The notes beneath the pieces are model-generated. The model saw nothing but the letters and a program-made list of their open reading frames with translations. It did no database searches and was not told the DNA's origin. From NCBI GenBank assembly GCA_041664345.1, contig JBAYKX010000023.1:10558-74557 (forward strand): a DNA stretch of 64,000 nt, written 5' to 3'. Positions 54,279 through 64,000 of the stretch are shown here, one piece after another. The position numbers were made by a program, and so were the translations under genes. This DNA is from Salinivirgaceae bacterium. Its GTDB lineage: Bacteria; Bacteroidota; Bacteroidia; Bacteroidales; SZUA-534. The number at the start of each line of letters is the position of its first letter. Position 1 is the stretch's first letter.

Positions 54279-55742
54279 GTGAAAAATTTCCACAGAGTAA
54301 ATCTAAAATTAATTCTTAGGATATGCGGCTATTTAATGTTAACCGAAGCTGCTTTTCTTTTTCTGTCGCTGATAGTTTCTATAATTTATAGAGAAAGCGA
54401 TGCGCAGGCTTTTATATATTCCATTCTTTTAACGGTTGGGCTGGGTTTAATTGCTATTTTTTTTACCCGAAATGAGCGGCCTGACTTTGGTAAACGTGAA
54501 GGGTATATAATTGTGAGTTTAATGTGGTTGGTATTTTCGTTAGTAGGTACCTTGCCCTTTATTTTGAGTGGTTCAATTACCAATTTTACCAATGCATTTT
54601 TTGAAACTATGTCAGGTTTCACCGGAACCGGGGCTTCCATATTAAATGATATTGAGGCACTGCCACATGGAGTGCTATTTTGGCGCAGCATTACTCAATG
54701 GATGGGTGGAATGGGCTTTGTTGTACTGGCATTAGCCGTTTTGCCATTTTTAGGAGTAGGTGGTGTTCAACTGTATTCAGCAGAGGCTCCGGGCTTAACA
54801 GCCGACAAATTGCAGCCAAGGGTTAAAGAAACGGCTCAGCGATTATGGTTAATATATTTGGGTTTAACCCTAACCGAGACTTTACTATTATGGCTGGGTG
54901 GTATGACCCTTTTTGACTCCATTTGCCATTCTTTTACTTCTATGGGAACCGGCGGTTTTTCTACTAAACAGGCAAGTATTGAGTATTATACCAACCCATA
55001 CATTCACTATGTAATTATTCTATTCATGTTTATGGGTGCCTCTAACTTTACACTGTGGTATTTTGCCTTAAAACTGAACTTTAAGCCGATATTCAAAAAC
55101 GAGGAATTCAGGTTGTTTGTATTCTTCATCCTTTCATTTTCATTAGTCATTGCTGCACATCTGTTTCTTGTTGAAGGATATGGTATTGAAAAAGCCTTTC
55201 GTGATAGTTTGTTTCAGGTAGTATCCATCATTTCCACCACCGGCTTTATTTCAGCCGATTATATGCTTTGGCCACCAGTTCTAATTGGAATGATTTTCAC
55301 GCTTATGTTTATAGGTGGCTCTACCGGTTCTACCGGAGGTGGAATTAAGGTTGTTAGGATACTTTACGTTTTTAAGAACATTTATTTCGAAGTTAAACGT
55401 TTGGTACACCCAAAAGCTATCATTCCCATCCGTTTGGAAGGAAAAACTGTACCTCAGCCGATTATCAATAGCCTCTTTGCTTTTTTTGTTTTGTACCTTT
55501 TCATTTTTGCTTTAGGTACTTTATTAATGATAGCTACCGGCCTGGATATGGATTCTGCCATGGGATCCGTAGCCACATCGTTAGCTGGAATTGGCCCCGG
55601 TTTGGGAAGTACCGGACCGGTTGAAAATTTTTATCACGTGGCACCCTTTGGTAAATGGGTTCTCTCGTTCTTGATGTTAATCGGTCGCTTGGAATTATTT
55701 ACATTTCTAATAATTTTTACTCCAGCTTTTTGGAAGAAATAG
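54279..55742 (+). CDS. trkH: TrkH/KtrB-family potassium uptake permease
   Basis: Four selectivity-filter-like motifs (GFTGTGAS, MGTGGFS, STTGF, GGSTGSTGGGIKV). GTG start. No trkA is adjacent. Confidence 0.85.
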   Translation: MKNFHRVNLKLILRICGYLMLTEAAFLFLSLIVSIIYRESDAQAFIYSILLTVGLGLIAIFFTRNERPDFGKREGYIIVSLMWLVFSLVGTLPFILSGSITNFTNAFFETMSGFTGTGASILNDIEALPHGVLFWRSITQWMGGMGFVVLALAVLPFLGVGGVQLYSAEAPGLTADKLQPRVKETAQRLWLIYLGLTLTETLLLWLGGMTLFDSICHSFTSMGTGGFSTKQASIEYYTNPYIHYVIILFMFMGASNFTLWYFALKLNFKPIFKNEEFRLFVFFILSFSLVIAAHLFLVEGYGIEKAFRDSLFQVVSIISTTGFISADYMLWPPVLIGMIFTLMFIGGSTGSTGGGIKVVRILYVFKNIYFEVKRLVHPKAIIPIRLEGKTVPQPIINSLFAFFVLYLFIFALGTLLMIATGLDMDSAMGSVATSLAGIGPGLGSTGPVENFYHVAPFGKWVLSFLMLIGRLELFTFLIIFTPAFWKK

Positions 55743-55779
55743 GTGTAAACAATACAAAATCCGTTAAGACACCGGGCAA

Positions 55780-56964
55780 TTACTTTAAAGCATCCACTGC
55801 TAAAAATGCCATAACCTGAATGCCTGTTTCAATAGCGGCTTCGTTGGCAACAAATTTAGGTGAATGTAAGCCGGCACTATCGGTACTGTCACCATCAGCA
55901 ACTCCCAAACGATAAAAACAAGCCGGATATTTTTGGGCAAACCAACCAAAATCTTCCGCTGTCATGCGAATATCGAGGTTATGTACCTGAGCGCCACCAA
56001 GTAATACAGTTGCAGCCTCCTGAGCTTTACGGGTCACTTCGGGATTGTTATAAACTGATGGAAAACCAATCTGGATATCAATATCTGCTGTTCCACCCAT
56101 ACCATCAACCACCGATTGGGTGAGTTTTCTGATTTTATCGTGAGCAATATACCGCCAATCTTCATCCATGGTGCGGAAAGTACCTTCCAATCGGATGGTT
56201 TCAGGAATAATATTCATGGCACTGTTGCAAACTATGTTTCCGAACGAAAGTACAGCGGGAACTTGAGTTGGAATAATCCGGCTAACCACTTGCTGCAAGG
56301 TAATTACCGTTTGGGCAGTCATAAGTACGGTATCAATAGTTTTGTGGGGTAAAGCTGCATGTCCGCCTTTTCCTTTTAAAGTGATATAAATCTCATCGGC
56401 TGATGCCATATATTGCCCTTGCTTAAAACCCACATGCCCTGCAGGTAATTCCGGAAATACATGCTGACCAATTATTACATCGGGGGTATAATCATCAAAC
56501 AGGCCTTGCTCCATCATGAGCTTGGCTCCTCCCGGAATTTTCTCTTCGCCGGGTTGAAATATTAATAACACAGTTCCCGACCATTGATGGCGCAGTTCAT
56601 TTAAAATTTTTGCGGCTCCCAATAAACAAGAAGTGTGGATATCGTGCCCACAAGCGTGCATCACACCGGCATTTATCGATTTATAAGGTAAATTATTATC
56701 CTCGGTAATAGGCAACGCATCCATATCGGCCCGTAAGGCAACGGTTTTTCCCTTTCCATTTCCCTCAATAATTCCAAGAATTCCGTAGCCTCCATATCCT
56801 TTTTTATAGGTTATTCCATAAGAATCGAGTTTTGATGCCACCAACGCGGAAGTTTCGTTTTCCTGAAACGAAAGTTCGGGATGGGCATGAATGTGCCTGC
56901 GGATGGCAATTATCTCCTGAAGATTTTCCTGAGTTAAGGTTTTAATCGTTTCTTGTAAGTTCAT
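55780..56964 (-). CDS. M20/M20D-family amidohydrolase (N-acyl-amino-acid amidohydrolase-like)
   Basis: Metal-binding MHACGHDIHT and GQPGEE regions. 394 aa. Confidence 0.85.
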   Translation of the reverse strand: MNLQETIKTLTQENLQEIIAIRRHIHAHPELSFQENETSALVASKLDSYGITYKKGYGGYGILGIIEGNGKGKTVALRADMDALPITEDNNLPYKSINAGVMHACGHDIHTSCLLGAAKILNELRHQWSGTVLLIFQPGEEKIPGGAKLMMEQGLFDDYTPDVIIGQHVFPELPAGHVGFKQGQYMASADEIYITLKGKGGHAALPHKTIDTVLMTAQTVITLQQVVSRIIPTQVPAVLSFGNIVCNSAMNIIPETIRLEGTFRTMDEDWRYIAHDKIRKLTQSVVDGMGGTADIDIQIGFPSVYNNPEVTRKAQEAATVLLGGAQVHNLDIRMTAEDFGWFAQKYPACFYRLGVADGDSTDSAGLHSPKFVANEAAIETGIQVMAFLAVDALK

Positions 56965-57007
56965 GGTTTATATTTAAAATGGTGATATGGAATGATTAAA
57001 TTTGTAA

Positions 57008-60000
57008 TTAAAAATCGGTACAAAGCGAGAGGTAAAAAACCCCGGGCAAAACTCTACCGCCATCAATTCCCCAAGCCCAATCAGTGCGAACATAATAGCC
57101 CAAAAAACGGGAGCGTAACCCAAAACCTACTCCGGCTACAAATGGTGAATGTTTCCGATCGATTTTTACCGTTATGGGTGGCCGGTTTATTATTTTATAG
57201 TCGTACGCATTATTTGCTGTCACAGGGTTCCATCCTTCCCAGGCAGAGCCCACATCGGTGAAACCCATAACCATAAAATTATTAAAAAAATCGCTGCTGA
57301 TGGGCCGATTAAAAATGTATCGGATAATTGGCCATCGCAATTCAAAATTGGCTACTGCAAACGAATTTCCATTCCGCACATTTTGAATAAAACCTCTCAT
57401 ATTAGTTGCTACTGCCTGATATACCCAATTTTTATCGTAGTTTATATTCGTGGAATAATCAAACGTAGGATTATTTTCTGAGAAATTCATCCAATTATCG
57501 ACCCCTCCTAAATAATACATCAGCAATGAATTACCGAATGAGGAACTCCATGCCAACCGGCTGGCAAATATAAAATCGCGATGGATGGGCAAATAATTCC
57601 GGATGTCGGCTCCAACAACAAAAAGATGGGAATTTGTTTGCTGACCTACCTGATTGTAATATTCGCCAAATACTTTTAACCGCGTTCCATCGTACAAGTT
57701 AAGGCCTAAACTTCGCGTATTGTCGAGTATAACTTCACCTTTTAGTCCTCCCCAGAACTTTATTTCCGATGGCAGAACCAGCGTATTCAAATCCGACGAT
57801 TTATATACTTGCTCATCCAATCGCCCTGAAACAGTTCCTTTAACTGCTAAAATCTGACTGATGGGGTATTTGTAAACGGATATTAATTCATTGGTAAATA
57901 TTTTTGAGTATTCATAACCGTTCGACGATTCAAAAACTTGCCGATGATAGATATATTGTTTATCGAGCCGGTATTTTAGGTTTTCAACACTTAATAGGTA
58001 TTCATTCGATTCAAAATCAAGGGAAAAACGGATACCTCCGGTAATTTTATAATCCTCAAACAAATCAATGGCACCCACTTTTGTAAGCACATTAAACCCC
58101 GGATTGTAATAAAATGCACTACCGGTAAATACTTGGTAACTCTGATTCATAAAGCCAAAATCGACCTGAGTAACCAATAAATTGGAATAGAAATTAGTAA
58201 AATAAACCAGTTGTAAGGGTAATTTAAAACCTTGTTCTTCTTCAGTATCATCTATTTTAAACTCCCGCTTCTCAATTTCAAAAATATAATTATTCACATC
58301 AATTAAGGTATCGTTTAAAATATCCAAAGTTGCTGCAAGGGTGATTGAATCAGCTTCGTATGTTGGAACTTCAGTCTGTCGGATGCTATCGAGCTGTGTT
58401 TTTTCCTCAACATAACTTCGAAACCAGGTATCAACCATTTCATTACCAACAGGTGCCGGTTTTGAATCCAGTTCATGGGTAAATAAGCTATATTTCTTTA
58501 CCCCTTTAAAGGCTTCGCTAAAGCTTCGGGCTTGCTTGTTGAAGTCAAATCCGGTAATACTAAATTGCCGGTTGGTAATAGGGAACATCTTAGTAAAGGA
58601 CTGATAATGAATAGAGGTATCAATAAAACTAATGGCACTATCAAATAAAGCCATTCCTTGATTAAGAATTCCATTTTTGTTGGTTAAATAAAAAAACTGA
58701 TCCTGTTTAAATTCCAGGGGTTGCAATTCGTCAATCCGATAGGTATTGGATAATTGAGTAAGTTCATTGGCTTTATTTTCGTAATCGTAAACAAACAAAT
58801 CGTAGTTGCTTTGAATTTCCGGTACTTGATTCTTTTCGTAACTAAGCTGCGTAGTTTTCCGGTTCGACGAAAACAAAATTTCTTTCGACTGAGTTATAAA
58901 CCGTGGATTTAAATCATCAGCCACATCGTTGGTAATGCGGTTAAAAGTGCTGGCAACAATTGAAAAAACAAAAATGTCGGTGTAGCCGTTGTCAACCGCT
59001 GAAAAAACTATCTCTTGTCCGTTTTCCGAGAAACTATAATCGAGAATTTTATCCATGGTAAAGATTTCACGGGTGGTTTTAACTTTTGTTTCCAAATCAT
59101 AATATTGCATCCACAAGTGCCCCTTTCGCTCATAAACATAAGTTAAAAGTTTGCTGGTTGGATGCCAACACAAAATTGGATAGGAATAATCAGGAATCTG
59201 TTCCAATTTATTTTCCCGCTTTATCAACCGTTTGGTTTTATTGGTTTTAGTGTCGTAAATATAAATGCCGTATTGCCCATCCTGATTGGTAACATAGGAT
59301 ATATATTTACCATCGGGCGACATTTTTATCTGATTGTAAATTTTATTTTTTTTAGTCCGCCTTACAATCGGCTTTTGATTTTCCGGTTTTAACTCCCGGT
59401 CTTTCAGTTCATCGGTGTATCGGGCTTGGTGGTAATAAAACCAATCGTTAAGCACATCTTTCATGGGCATTCCCAATACATATAAAAAGCCCGATTCTAC
59501 ACTTTTACTTATGCGCCACATGTAAACAATTTGCGAAACAATGGATTCGCCATAGGTTTCAGATAAATAACGCCAAAAAGCATGTCCTGCAATTTTTGCA
59601 TCATTTCCGTGTAACCGATGAATTTTTTGAACCTTTCCTTCGAGTAGTGCATTTTTAATTTTGCTCTCCGTTTCAAAGTCCAAATCGTAGGCAATGTATG
59701 ATATTAACCCGGGGGTAAACCATTCAGGCAAGTTTAACATGGTAGAAGACGAAACCCTATCGCGAAAACTGCCCCCGTAAAGCATTTCATTAATCAGCAC
59801 TTCAGCTATGGAAGCCCGTATCTGGCGGCGAAGTTTTGCATGATCGCCATCAAAATATACAAAAACCTTATTATCAACAATTCGTGTAACTCCGCCAATA
59901 TTTGATTCATCGGCTCCGGTAACCAGTCCAATATTGCTTTGCCGGAATTCACTTTGCTTGTTATATACGATAAAAATGATGCGTCGCTGCAAGATTTCTT

Positions 60001-60259
60001 CCAGTGAATATTCAATATAATTTAGCTCTTCAGTAGCTATCTGAGAAACAAATTCAGCCAGTTTGCTTCCATTAACATAAAAATAAGTATCAAATTTCGG
60101 GAATCGGTAATACTGCCAATAAAAATCGTTGTATTGCACCCGACTCTTTCCAAAGGTCATTTGATGACCATTATAAAATTGGGCATGCACGGCAGTTGTC
60201 AATCCCAGTAAGGGAATGAGCAAAAATAGTATCCGGTATTTTTTAAGCCAACGACTCAC
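57008..60259 (-). CDS. Large outer-membrane protein: N-terminal domain + TolB-like (PD40) beta-propeller repeats + Omp85-like C-terminal barrel
   Basis: Signal peptide. PD40-like repeats (MSPDGKYISYVTNQDGQYGIYIYD). The C-terminal ~350 aa has beta-barrel character and ends ...VFYLSLCTDF. The domain calls come from pattern recognition only. Confidence 0.55.
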   Translation of the reverse strand: MSRWLKKYRILFLLIPLLGLTTAVHAQFYNGHQMTFGKSRVQYNDFYWQYYRFPKFDTYFYVNGSKLAEFVSQIATEELNYIEYSLEEILQRRIIFIVYNKQSEFRQSNIGLVTGADESNIGGVTRIVDNKVFVYFDGDHAKLRRQIRASIAEVLINEMLYGGSFRDRVSSSTMLNLPEWFTPGLISYIAYDLDFETESKIKNALLEGKVQKIHRLHGNDAKIAGHAFWRYLSETYGESIVSQIVYMWRISKSVESGFLYVLGMPMKDVLNDWFYYHQARYTDELKDRELKPENQKPIVRRTKKNKIYNQIKMSPDGKYISYVTNQDGQYGIYIYDTKTNKTKRLIKRENKLEQIPDYSYPILCWHPTSKLLTYVYERKGHLWMQYYDLETKVKTTREIFTMDKILDYSFSENGQEIVFSAVDNGYTDIFVFSIVASTFNRITNDVADDLNPRFITQSKEILFSSNRKTTQLSYEKNQVPEIQSNYDLFVYDYENKANELTQLSNTYRIDELQPLEFKQDQFFYLTNKNGILNQGMALFDSAISFIDTSIHYQSFTKMFPITNRQFSITGFDFNKQARSFSEAFKGVKKYSLFTHELDSKPAPVGNEMVDTWFRSYVEEKTQLDSIRQTEVPTYEADSITLAATLDILNDTLIDVNNYIFEIEKREFKIDDTEEEQGFKLPLQLVYFTNFYSNLLVTQVDFGFMNQSYQVFTGSAFYYNPGFNVLTKVGAIDLFEDYKITGGIRFSLDFESNEYLLSVENLKYRLDKQYIYHRQVFESSNGYEYSKIFTNELISVYKYPISQILAVKGTVSGRLDEQVYKSSDLNTLVLPSEIKFWGGLKGEVILDNTRSLGLNLYDGTRLKVFGEYYNQVGQQTNSHLFVVGADIRNYLPIHRDFIFASRLAWSSSFGNSLLMYYLGGVDNWMNFSENNPTFDYSTNINYDKNWVYQAVATNMRGFIQNVRNGNSFAVANFELRWPIIRYIFNRPISSDFFNNFMVMGFTDVGSAWEGWNPVTANNAYDYKIINRPPITVKIDRKHSPFVAGVGFGLRSRFLGYYVRTDWAWGIDGGRVLPGVFYLSLCTDF

Positions 60260-60297
60260 TTTTTAGGTTTAAATAATTCCATTTCTCATTCAATAAT

Positions 60298-61119
60298 TCA
60301 TTCATTCGTGCGCTGCCTTACCGCTTCGTAAAGGAGCACTGAAGCCGCCACGGAAACATTTAACGATTGAATTTGTCCCAATACCGGAATTTTTATAAGG
60401 GTATCGCAAACTCGTATCACATCGTTACTCAAGCCGGTATCTTCTGCTCCCATAACAATGCATACGGGTTGTTTAAAGTTTTGGATAAAATAGAAATCGC
60501 TTGCTTTTTCAGTGGCTCCGGCCACGGCAATACCGCACTGCTGCATGTATTGTAATGTCTTTTTTAAGGAAGAAACCCGGCATATCGGCAATTTATAAAG
60601 AGCTCCGGCTGAAGTTTTAATAGCATCGGGTCCTATTCTTGCTGAACCTTTTTCAGGAATAACAATGGCATGAACACCCGCACACTCTGCTGTACGGACA
60701 ATAGCGCCAAAGTTACGCACATCGGTTACTTCATCAACAGCCAATAAAAAAGGCTCTTGCCCTTTTTCGAAAATACTTGCTATCACCTCTTCAATTACCG
60801 AAAAACTGATGGGAGATATTAGGGCAATTACTCCCTGATGATTTTTAAGGGAAACCCGGTTGAGTTTTTCATCCGGTACTTCTTGAAAAGGAATGTTATT
60901 TTGATGCATTTCCTCAAAAAGCTCTTTAATCAAATCGCCCTTTAATCCGCGTTTAATTAAAACCTTATCAATGTCTTTTCCTGAACGGATGGCTTCAATT
61001 ACTGCCCGAATCCCAAAAATTAAGTCATCGGTATTCCTTTCGGTTTTGTGATACATAGTTCTTATTGGTTTAGTGTAAAAACCCTTCCTTCGCGCCAGGT
61101 AGTTATTGCATTGAACCAC
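60298..61119 (-). CDS. rlmB: 23S rRNA (guanosine2251-2'-O)-methyltransferase RlmB (SpoU/TrmH family)
   Basis: SpoU motifs IVMGAEDTGLS and IPVLGQIQSLNVSVAASVLLYE. The likely true start is MYHKTERNTDDLIFGIR at 61056, which removes the overlap with the upstream gene. Confidence 0.85.
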   Translation of the reverse strand: MVQCNNYLARRKGFYTKPIRTMYHKTERNTDDLIFGIRAVIEAIRSGKDIDKVLIKRGLKGDLIKELFEEMHQNNIPFQEVPDEKLNRVSLKNHQGVIALISPISFSVIEEVIASIFEKGQEPFLLAVDEVTDVRNFGAIVRTAECAGVHAIVIPEKGSARIGPDAIKTSAGALYKLPICRVSSLKKTLQYMQQCGIAVAGATEKASDFYFIQNFKQPVCIVMGAEDTGLSNDVIRVCDTLIKIPVLGQIQSLNVSVAASVLLYEAVRQRTNE

Positions 61120-62381
61120 AATCGGGCATGCAAATCGGAACGTTCCAAATAACTGGTCTTTCCGAATAAAGGGTGATATTCGTTGTAAAAATAAAATTCC
61201 AATCCATCTTTTGAATCACGGCCATAGTTCCAAAATTCCCCATCATCGGTTTTTCGAACCTCGCCCGGAGCACCAAAAATAATATAAATCATTCCCCGGT
61301 CAGTTAGCCATCCTTCTTTAAAATCGGTAAAATAATAGTTGGCTAATTGAACCCTATGATAATAAATGCGAATCAATTCCCGCGCTTTATCCACATCATT
61401 AGCAGCAGTTAGCCAAAAAGAATCAACGGCCAACTTTGGAGAGCCAAGTTGCCAATAGGCCTGCATTTCTTTATCAGAACATAAATAGCCTAAAGGCCGC
61501 AATAATTCTTCCGGTGTTTTAAGGTATGGATAAAACTCATTGGCACAAAGGTAAGTTTTACCATGAATTCCCATAGTATCTGAGAAAAAATAGACTCCTT
61601 TTTTATTAAAAGAAAACAAACAAGTATCGGGGTGAGGAACGATGTATGATGTATCGATATCCATGGGTACAAGGTAAGTTTCTTTCTGAATATCAGGAGC
61701 GACGGGCAATGAGGTATCTGCCTGATAATAGGACAACCTTATTCCTGATGGATTAAAATGGTCACTGCGCACTCTAAAAGTATCCATGGCCGAAAAATGA
61801 TTGTAGAAAATTGGATTGGCATGCTGCGATAAAAAAAGGAAACTATTTTGGTTCCCTTCGGGATTAAAATCAACATCCAAAACCTGTGAAACGCTCTGTC
61901 CGGAATTCAAATCGGTTAAAAAAACCTCAATTATGTATTTTCCTTTTTCAGTAAATTGCAACGGTACATATCCCATGAACTGCGGGCGGGGTTTTCCCTT
62001 TAAAGTAAATAAAGCGGTTAAACTATCAACTATTTCAATACTTTGATAACTTTTAGTTGTTCTGAAAAAAAACCGGATATGAGCCTTTGGAACAGAATCG
62101 CCTTCAGCTACTAAAAAGGCAAACTCATTGGGGAAAAACCTGAAAAACAGGCGGTTATCGGTAGCCGATGTCATTAAAATACCATATTCAGGATGAAACG
62201 GAGTAAGTCCCGGATTGTATTGATGGGCATAATTCCTGTTGCTAATGGTGTCATATACCGTGACACATGAAATTGCAACCAACAATAAAATCAGGAATAC
62301 AACGAAATTATTTATATAATTTTTATTCAAAACAGTTAAATTAAATGGGACATTACAAATCAGGCATCGCACAAGGAACAA
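61062..62381 (-). CDS. GWxTD domain-containing protein
   Basis: C-terminal GWLTDRGMIYIIFGAP motif. The start is uncertain. A TTG at 62330 would give the lipoprotein-like N-terminus MNKNYINNFVVFLILLLVAISC. Confidence 0.7.
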   Translation of the reverse strand: MFLVRCLICNVPFNLTVLNKNYINNFVVFLILLLVAISCVTVYDTISNRNYAHQYNPGLTPFHPEYGILMTSATDNRLFFRFFPNEFAFLVAEGDSVPKAHIRFFFRTTKSYQSIEIVDSLTALFTLKGKPRPQFMGYVPLQFTEKGKYIIEVFLTDLNSGQSVSQVLDVDFNPEGNQNSFLFLSQHANPIFYNHFSAMDTFRVRSDHFNPSGIRLSYYQADTSLPVAPDIQKETYLVPMDIDTSYIVPHPDTCLFSFNKKGVYFFSDTMGIHGKTYLCANEFYPYLKTPEELLRPLGYLCSDKEMQAYWQLGSPKLAVDSFWLTAANDVDKARELIRIYYHRVQLANYYFTDFKEGWLTDRGMIYIIFGAPGEVRKTDDGEFWNYGRDSKDGLEFYFYNEYHPLFGKTSYLERSDLHARLWFNAITTWREGRVFTLNQ

Positions 62382-62469
62382 TATTAAAATGAATTGTTGA
62401 AATTAAAAAATTGTAAGGCGAATTAATAATTAAATAGCAATGAATAATTGGCAGTGAATTACAAAACTT

Positions 62470-62635
62470 CAGTTCTTCTTCTGTCTCCTGGTTGCTGGTT
62501 GCTCGTTACTGGTTGCAGGGTTTCAAGGTTTCAGGGTTGAAGGGTTAAATGGTTACAAGGTTAAATTGTTACTATCCAGCTTCTAATCTCTAATCTCTAA
62601 CTTCTAACTTCCAACTTCCGACTTCTAGCTTCCAT
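62470..62635 (-). repeat. Family C composite element (heptamers - octamers - heptamers), reverse orientation
   Basis: The minus strand reads aagctag aagtcgg aagttgg aagttag aagttag agattag agattag aagctgg. Next come the octamers taacaatt taaccttg taaccatt taaccctt caaccctg aaaccttg aaaccctg, then caaccag taacgag caaccag caaccag. Confidence 0.75.
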
Positions 62636-62638
62636 TTT

Positions 62639-63433
62639 CTAAGGCTTAACTTTCTTTAGGTACGTGCTTTCAAATTCAACCATTCTTTTCTCAACTTCAA
62701 CAAAAATTTCGTAAGTAGTTGCATCTAATAAATAATTGTTACTAAATGCAAGATAGTTATACAAAGAATCGAGCTTAGTGCCCGAAAAACCTGAAAATTT
62801 ACCCAGTTCTACCTTATTATATTTTTCATCAATCAATAGTTCTATTTCATCTTCCAGAAGCAGTTCACCCAGTTTCCGTAGGCTTTTCCCTTTATCGCTA
62901 AACATAAAGTACAATGCGGAAATGGGTCCATCAAAAGTCTTTTTGGGATTAAACTTTTCTTCTTCGCGCATAAATTGGTATTCACTTCGGGTAACTCCGG
63001 GAATTATCAGTTGTTGCCCCCAGGCATTTCTATCCGGTTTTAAATGAATAAAATCGTACCTGAATTGATTTTCGCGGGTTAAAGCAAAAATATCTACCAC
63101 ATTGAGTTGGTATGAGGTGGGCGAAAGTGAAATTTCCAAAAAACAAATGGTTGATTTCAACGAATCAGGCAGGGTCATTACTTTGTCTTCAAAACCGATG
63201 CAGCGAAAGAGCAACGTGTCTGTTTTTAATAATTTTATCCTGAAAATTCCTAAAGAATCGGATATGGTTCCGGTGCCGGTACGCAAATTTATAATATGCA
63301 CAAAAGGAGTTTTTTCCGATGAATCGGACGAATGAATAATACCGGCTAACCGGTATTGCATCGTTTCAACCTGAGCTATTGCTGTGGTTGCAGTAAGTAC
63401 AATAAAATAAATTATAAGTAACTGTTTATTCAT
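62639..63433 (-). CDS. CarboxypepD_reg-like domain protein (hypothetical, secreted)
   Basis: Signal peptide. The N-terminal segment LAGIIHSSDSSEKTPFVHIINLRTGTGTISDSLGIFRIK resembles the carboxypeptidase-regulatory-like fold. The rest is unassigned. Confidence 0.5.
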   Translation of the reverse strand: MNKQLLIIYFIVLTATTAIAQVETMQYRLAGIIHSSDSSEKTPFVHIINLRTGTGTISDSLGIFRIKLLKTDTLLFRCIGFEDKVMTLPDSLKSTICFLEISLSPTSYQLNVVDIFALTRENQFRYDFIHLKPDRNAWGQQLIIPGVTRSEYQFMREEEKFNPKKTFDGPISALYFMFSDKGKSLRKLGELLLEDEIELLIDEKYNKVELGKFSGFSGTKLDSLYNYLAFSNNYLLDATTYEIFVEVEKRMVEFESTYLKKVKP

Positions 63434-63527
63434 CGGCTTAAAAATCCTTAAAAAAAACGGATATTTGCTTTCAAAATTATTTTTTAACCAAACTTTAACA
63501 ATAAAAATAATTCAGAACCGTCAAATC

Positions 63528-64000
63528 ATGCAGCGTAAATACAAAAATAGTTATAAAAACATCTATTTCGACTTGGATAGGACTCTTTGGGATTTTCAAT
63601 CGAACTCAGAGCAAACATTAAGCGAACTCTTGGAGAAATACGCTCCTGAATTGATGCCCAGAAAAAATGAATTTTTAAAGATATACCACCAAGTGAATGA
63701 AGTGCTTTGGATTAAATACCGCGAAGGCGAACTGTCAAAAGAGCTGTTACGCACCCAGCGGTTTATTGATACATTTACTGCAATGGACTTCCCTTGTAAC
63801 GGAATTTGTGAGGCAATGAGCATCGATTATATTACAGAAAGCCCATTGAAAACGGGCCTTTTTCCCTATTCATTAGAAATACTTGAATACTTAAAACAAA
63901 AAGGTTATCGCCTATTTTTGATAACCAATGGGTTTTCCGAAGTACAGGACGTAAAAATTAGATGCAGTGGATTGGAGCCCTTTTTTGAAAAAATGATTAC
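63528..64000 (+). CDS. HAD-superfamily hydrolase (YjjG-like), 3' end cut by the window edge
   Basis: Not in the ORF track because it has no stop inside the window. The ATG at 63528 opens a frame reading MQRKYKNSYKNIYFDLDRTLWDF... (HAD motif I DxDxT) ...YRLFLITNGF... to base 64000. Confidence 0.7.
   Translation, partial: MQRKYKNSYKNIYFDLDRTLWDFQSNSEQTLSELLEKYAPELMPRKNEFLKIYHQVNEVLWIKYREGELSKELLRTQRFIDTFTAMDFPCNGICEAMSIDYITESPLKTGLFPYSLEILEYLKQKGYRLFLITNGFSEVQDVKIRCSGLEPFFEKMI

Noticed and set aside
60298-61119. Overlap of 58 nt between rlmB and the GWxTD gene
   Set aside because: This is probably an artefact of taking the longest ORF. The internal ATG at 61056 gives a canonical RlmB N-terminus and removes the overlap.
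1-64000. tRNA, rRNA, tmRNA, RNase P, SRP RNA, prophage, integrase, transposase, toxin-antitoxin or known defence-system genes
   Set aside because: All intergenic regions and all ORFs of 60 aa or more were scanned by eye and none was recognisable. The MITE-like elements have no autonomous partner in this window.

Overview
This looks like a Bacteroidota chromosomal segment. Evidence: a SusC/SusD pair, three proteins with T9SS C-terminal sorting domains, GldB and a MurF-Alr fusion. I can support about 40 protein genes. They include the 3' part of a starch/maltodextrin cluster (GH65 plus two GH13), housekeeping genes (rsmI, tdk, murF-alr, lpdA, nadE, trkH, rlmB) and a znuABC-type zinc uptake operon. 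There is also a giant repeat-rich T9SS adhesin, a SusC/SusD + GH5 mini-PUL, two paralogous PKD lipoproteins and several regulators (ArsR, AraC, two LytTR). I found no rRNA, tRNA, CRISPR array, transposase, integrase or recognisable defence or toxin gene. I could not identify a convincing new multi-gene protein system. The unusual content is mostly non-coding or structural: (1) five intergenic mosaics of phase-locked degenerate 7-nt and 8-nt repeats, some carrying a conserved hairpin core; two of them have the same heptamer/centre/heptamer layout and abut stop codons. (2) Two MITE-like families, each present as an inverted pair. One has clear terminal inverted repeats, a 10-bp target duplication and compensatory stem changes. 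The other donates the last 14 codons and the stop of rsmI. (3) A roughly 2,660-codon adhesin with four tandem modules of about 1.17 kb, split by a single-base deletion. (4) Five disrupted genes in 64 kb: three 1-nt frameshifts and two in-frame stops. These indicate either real pseudogenisation or consensus errors. All calls rest on reading the sequence and ORF translations by eye; no searches were run.
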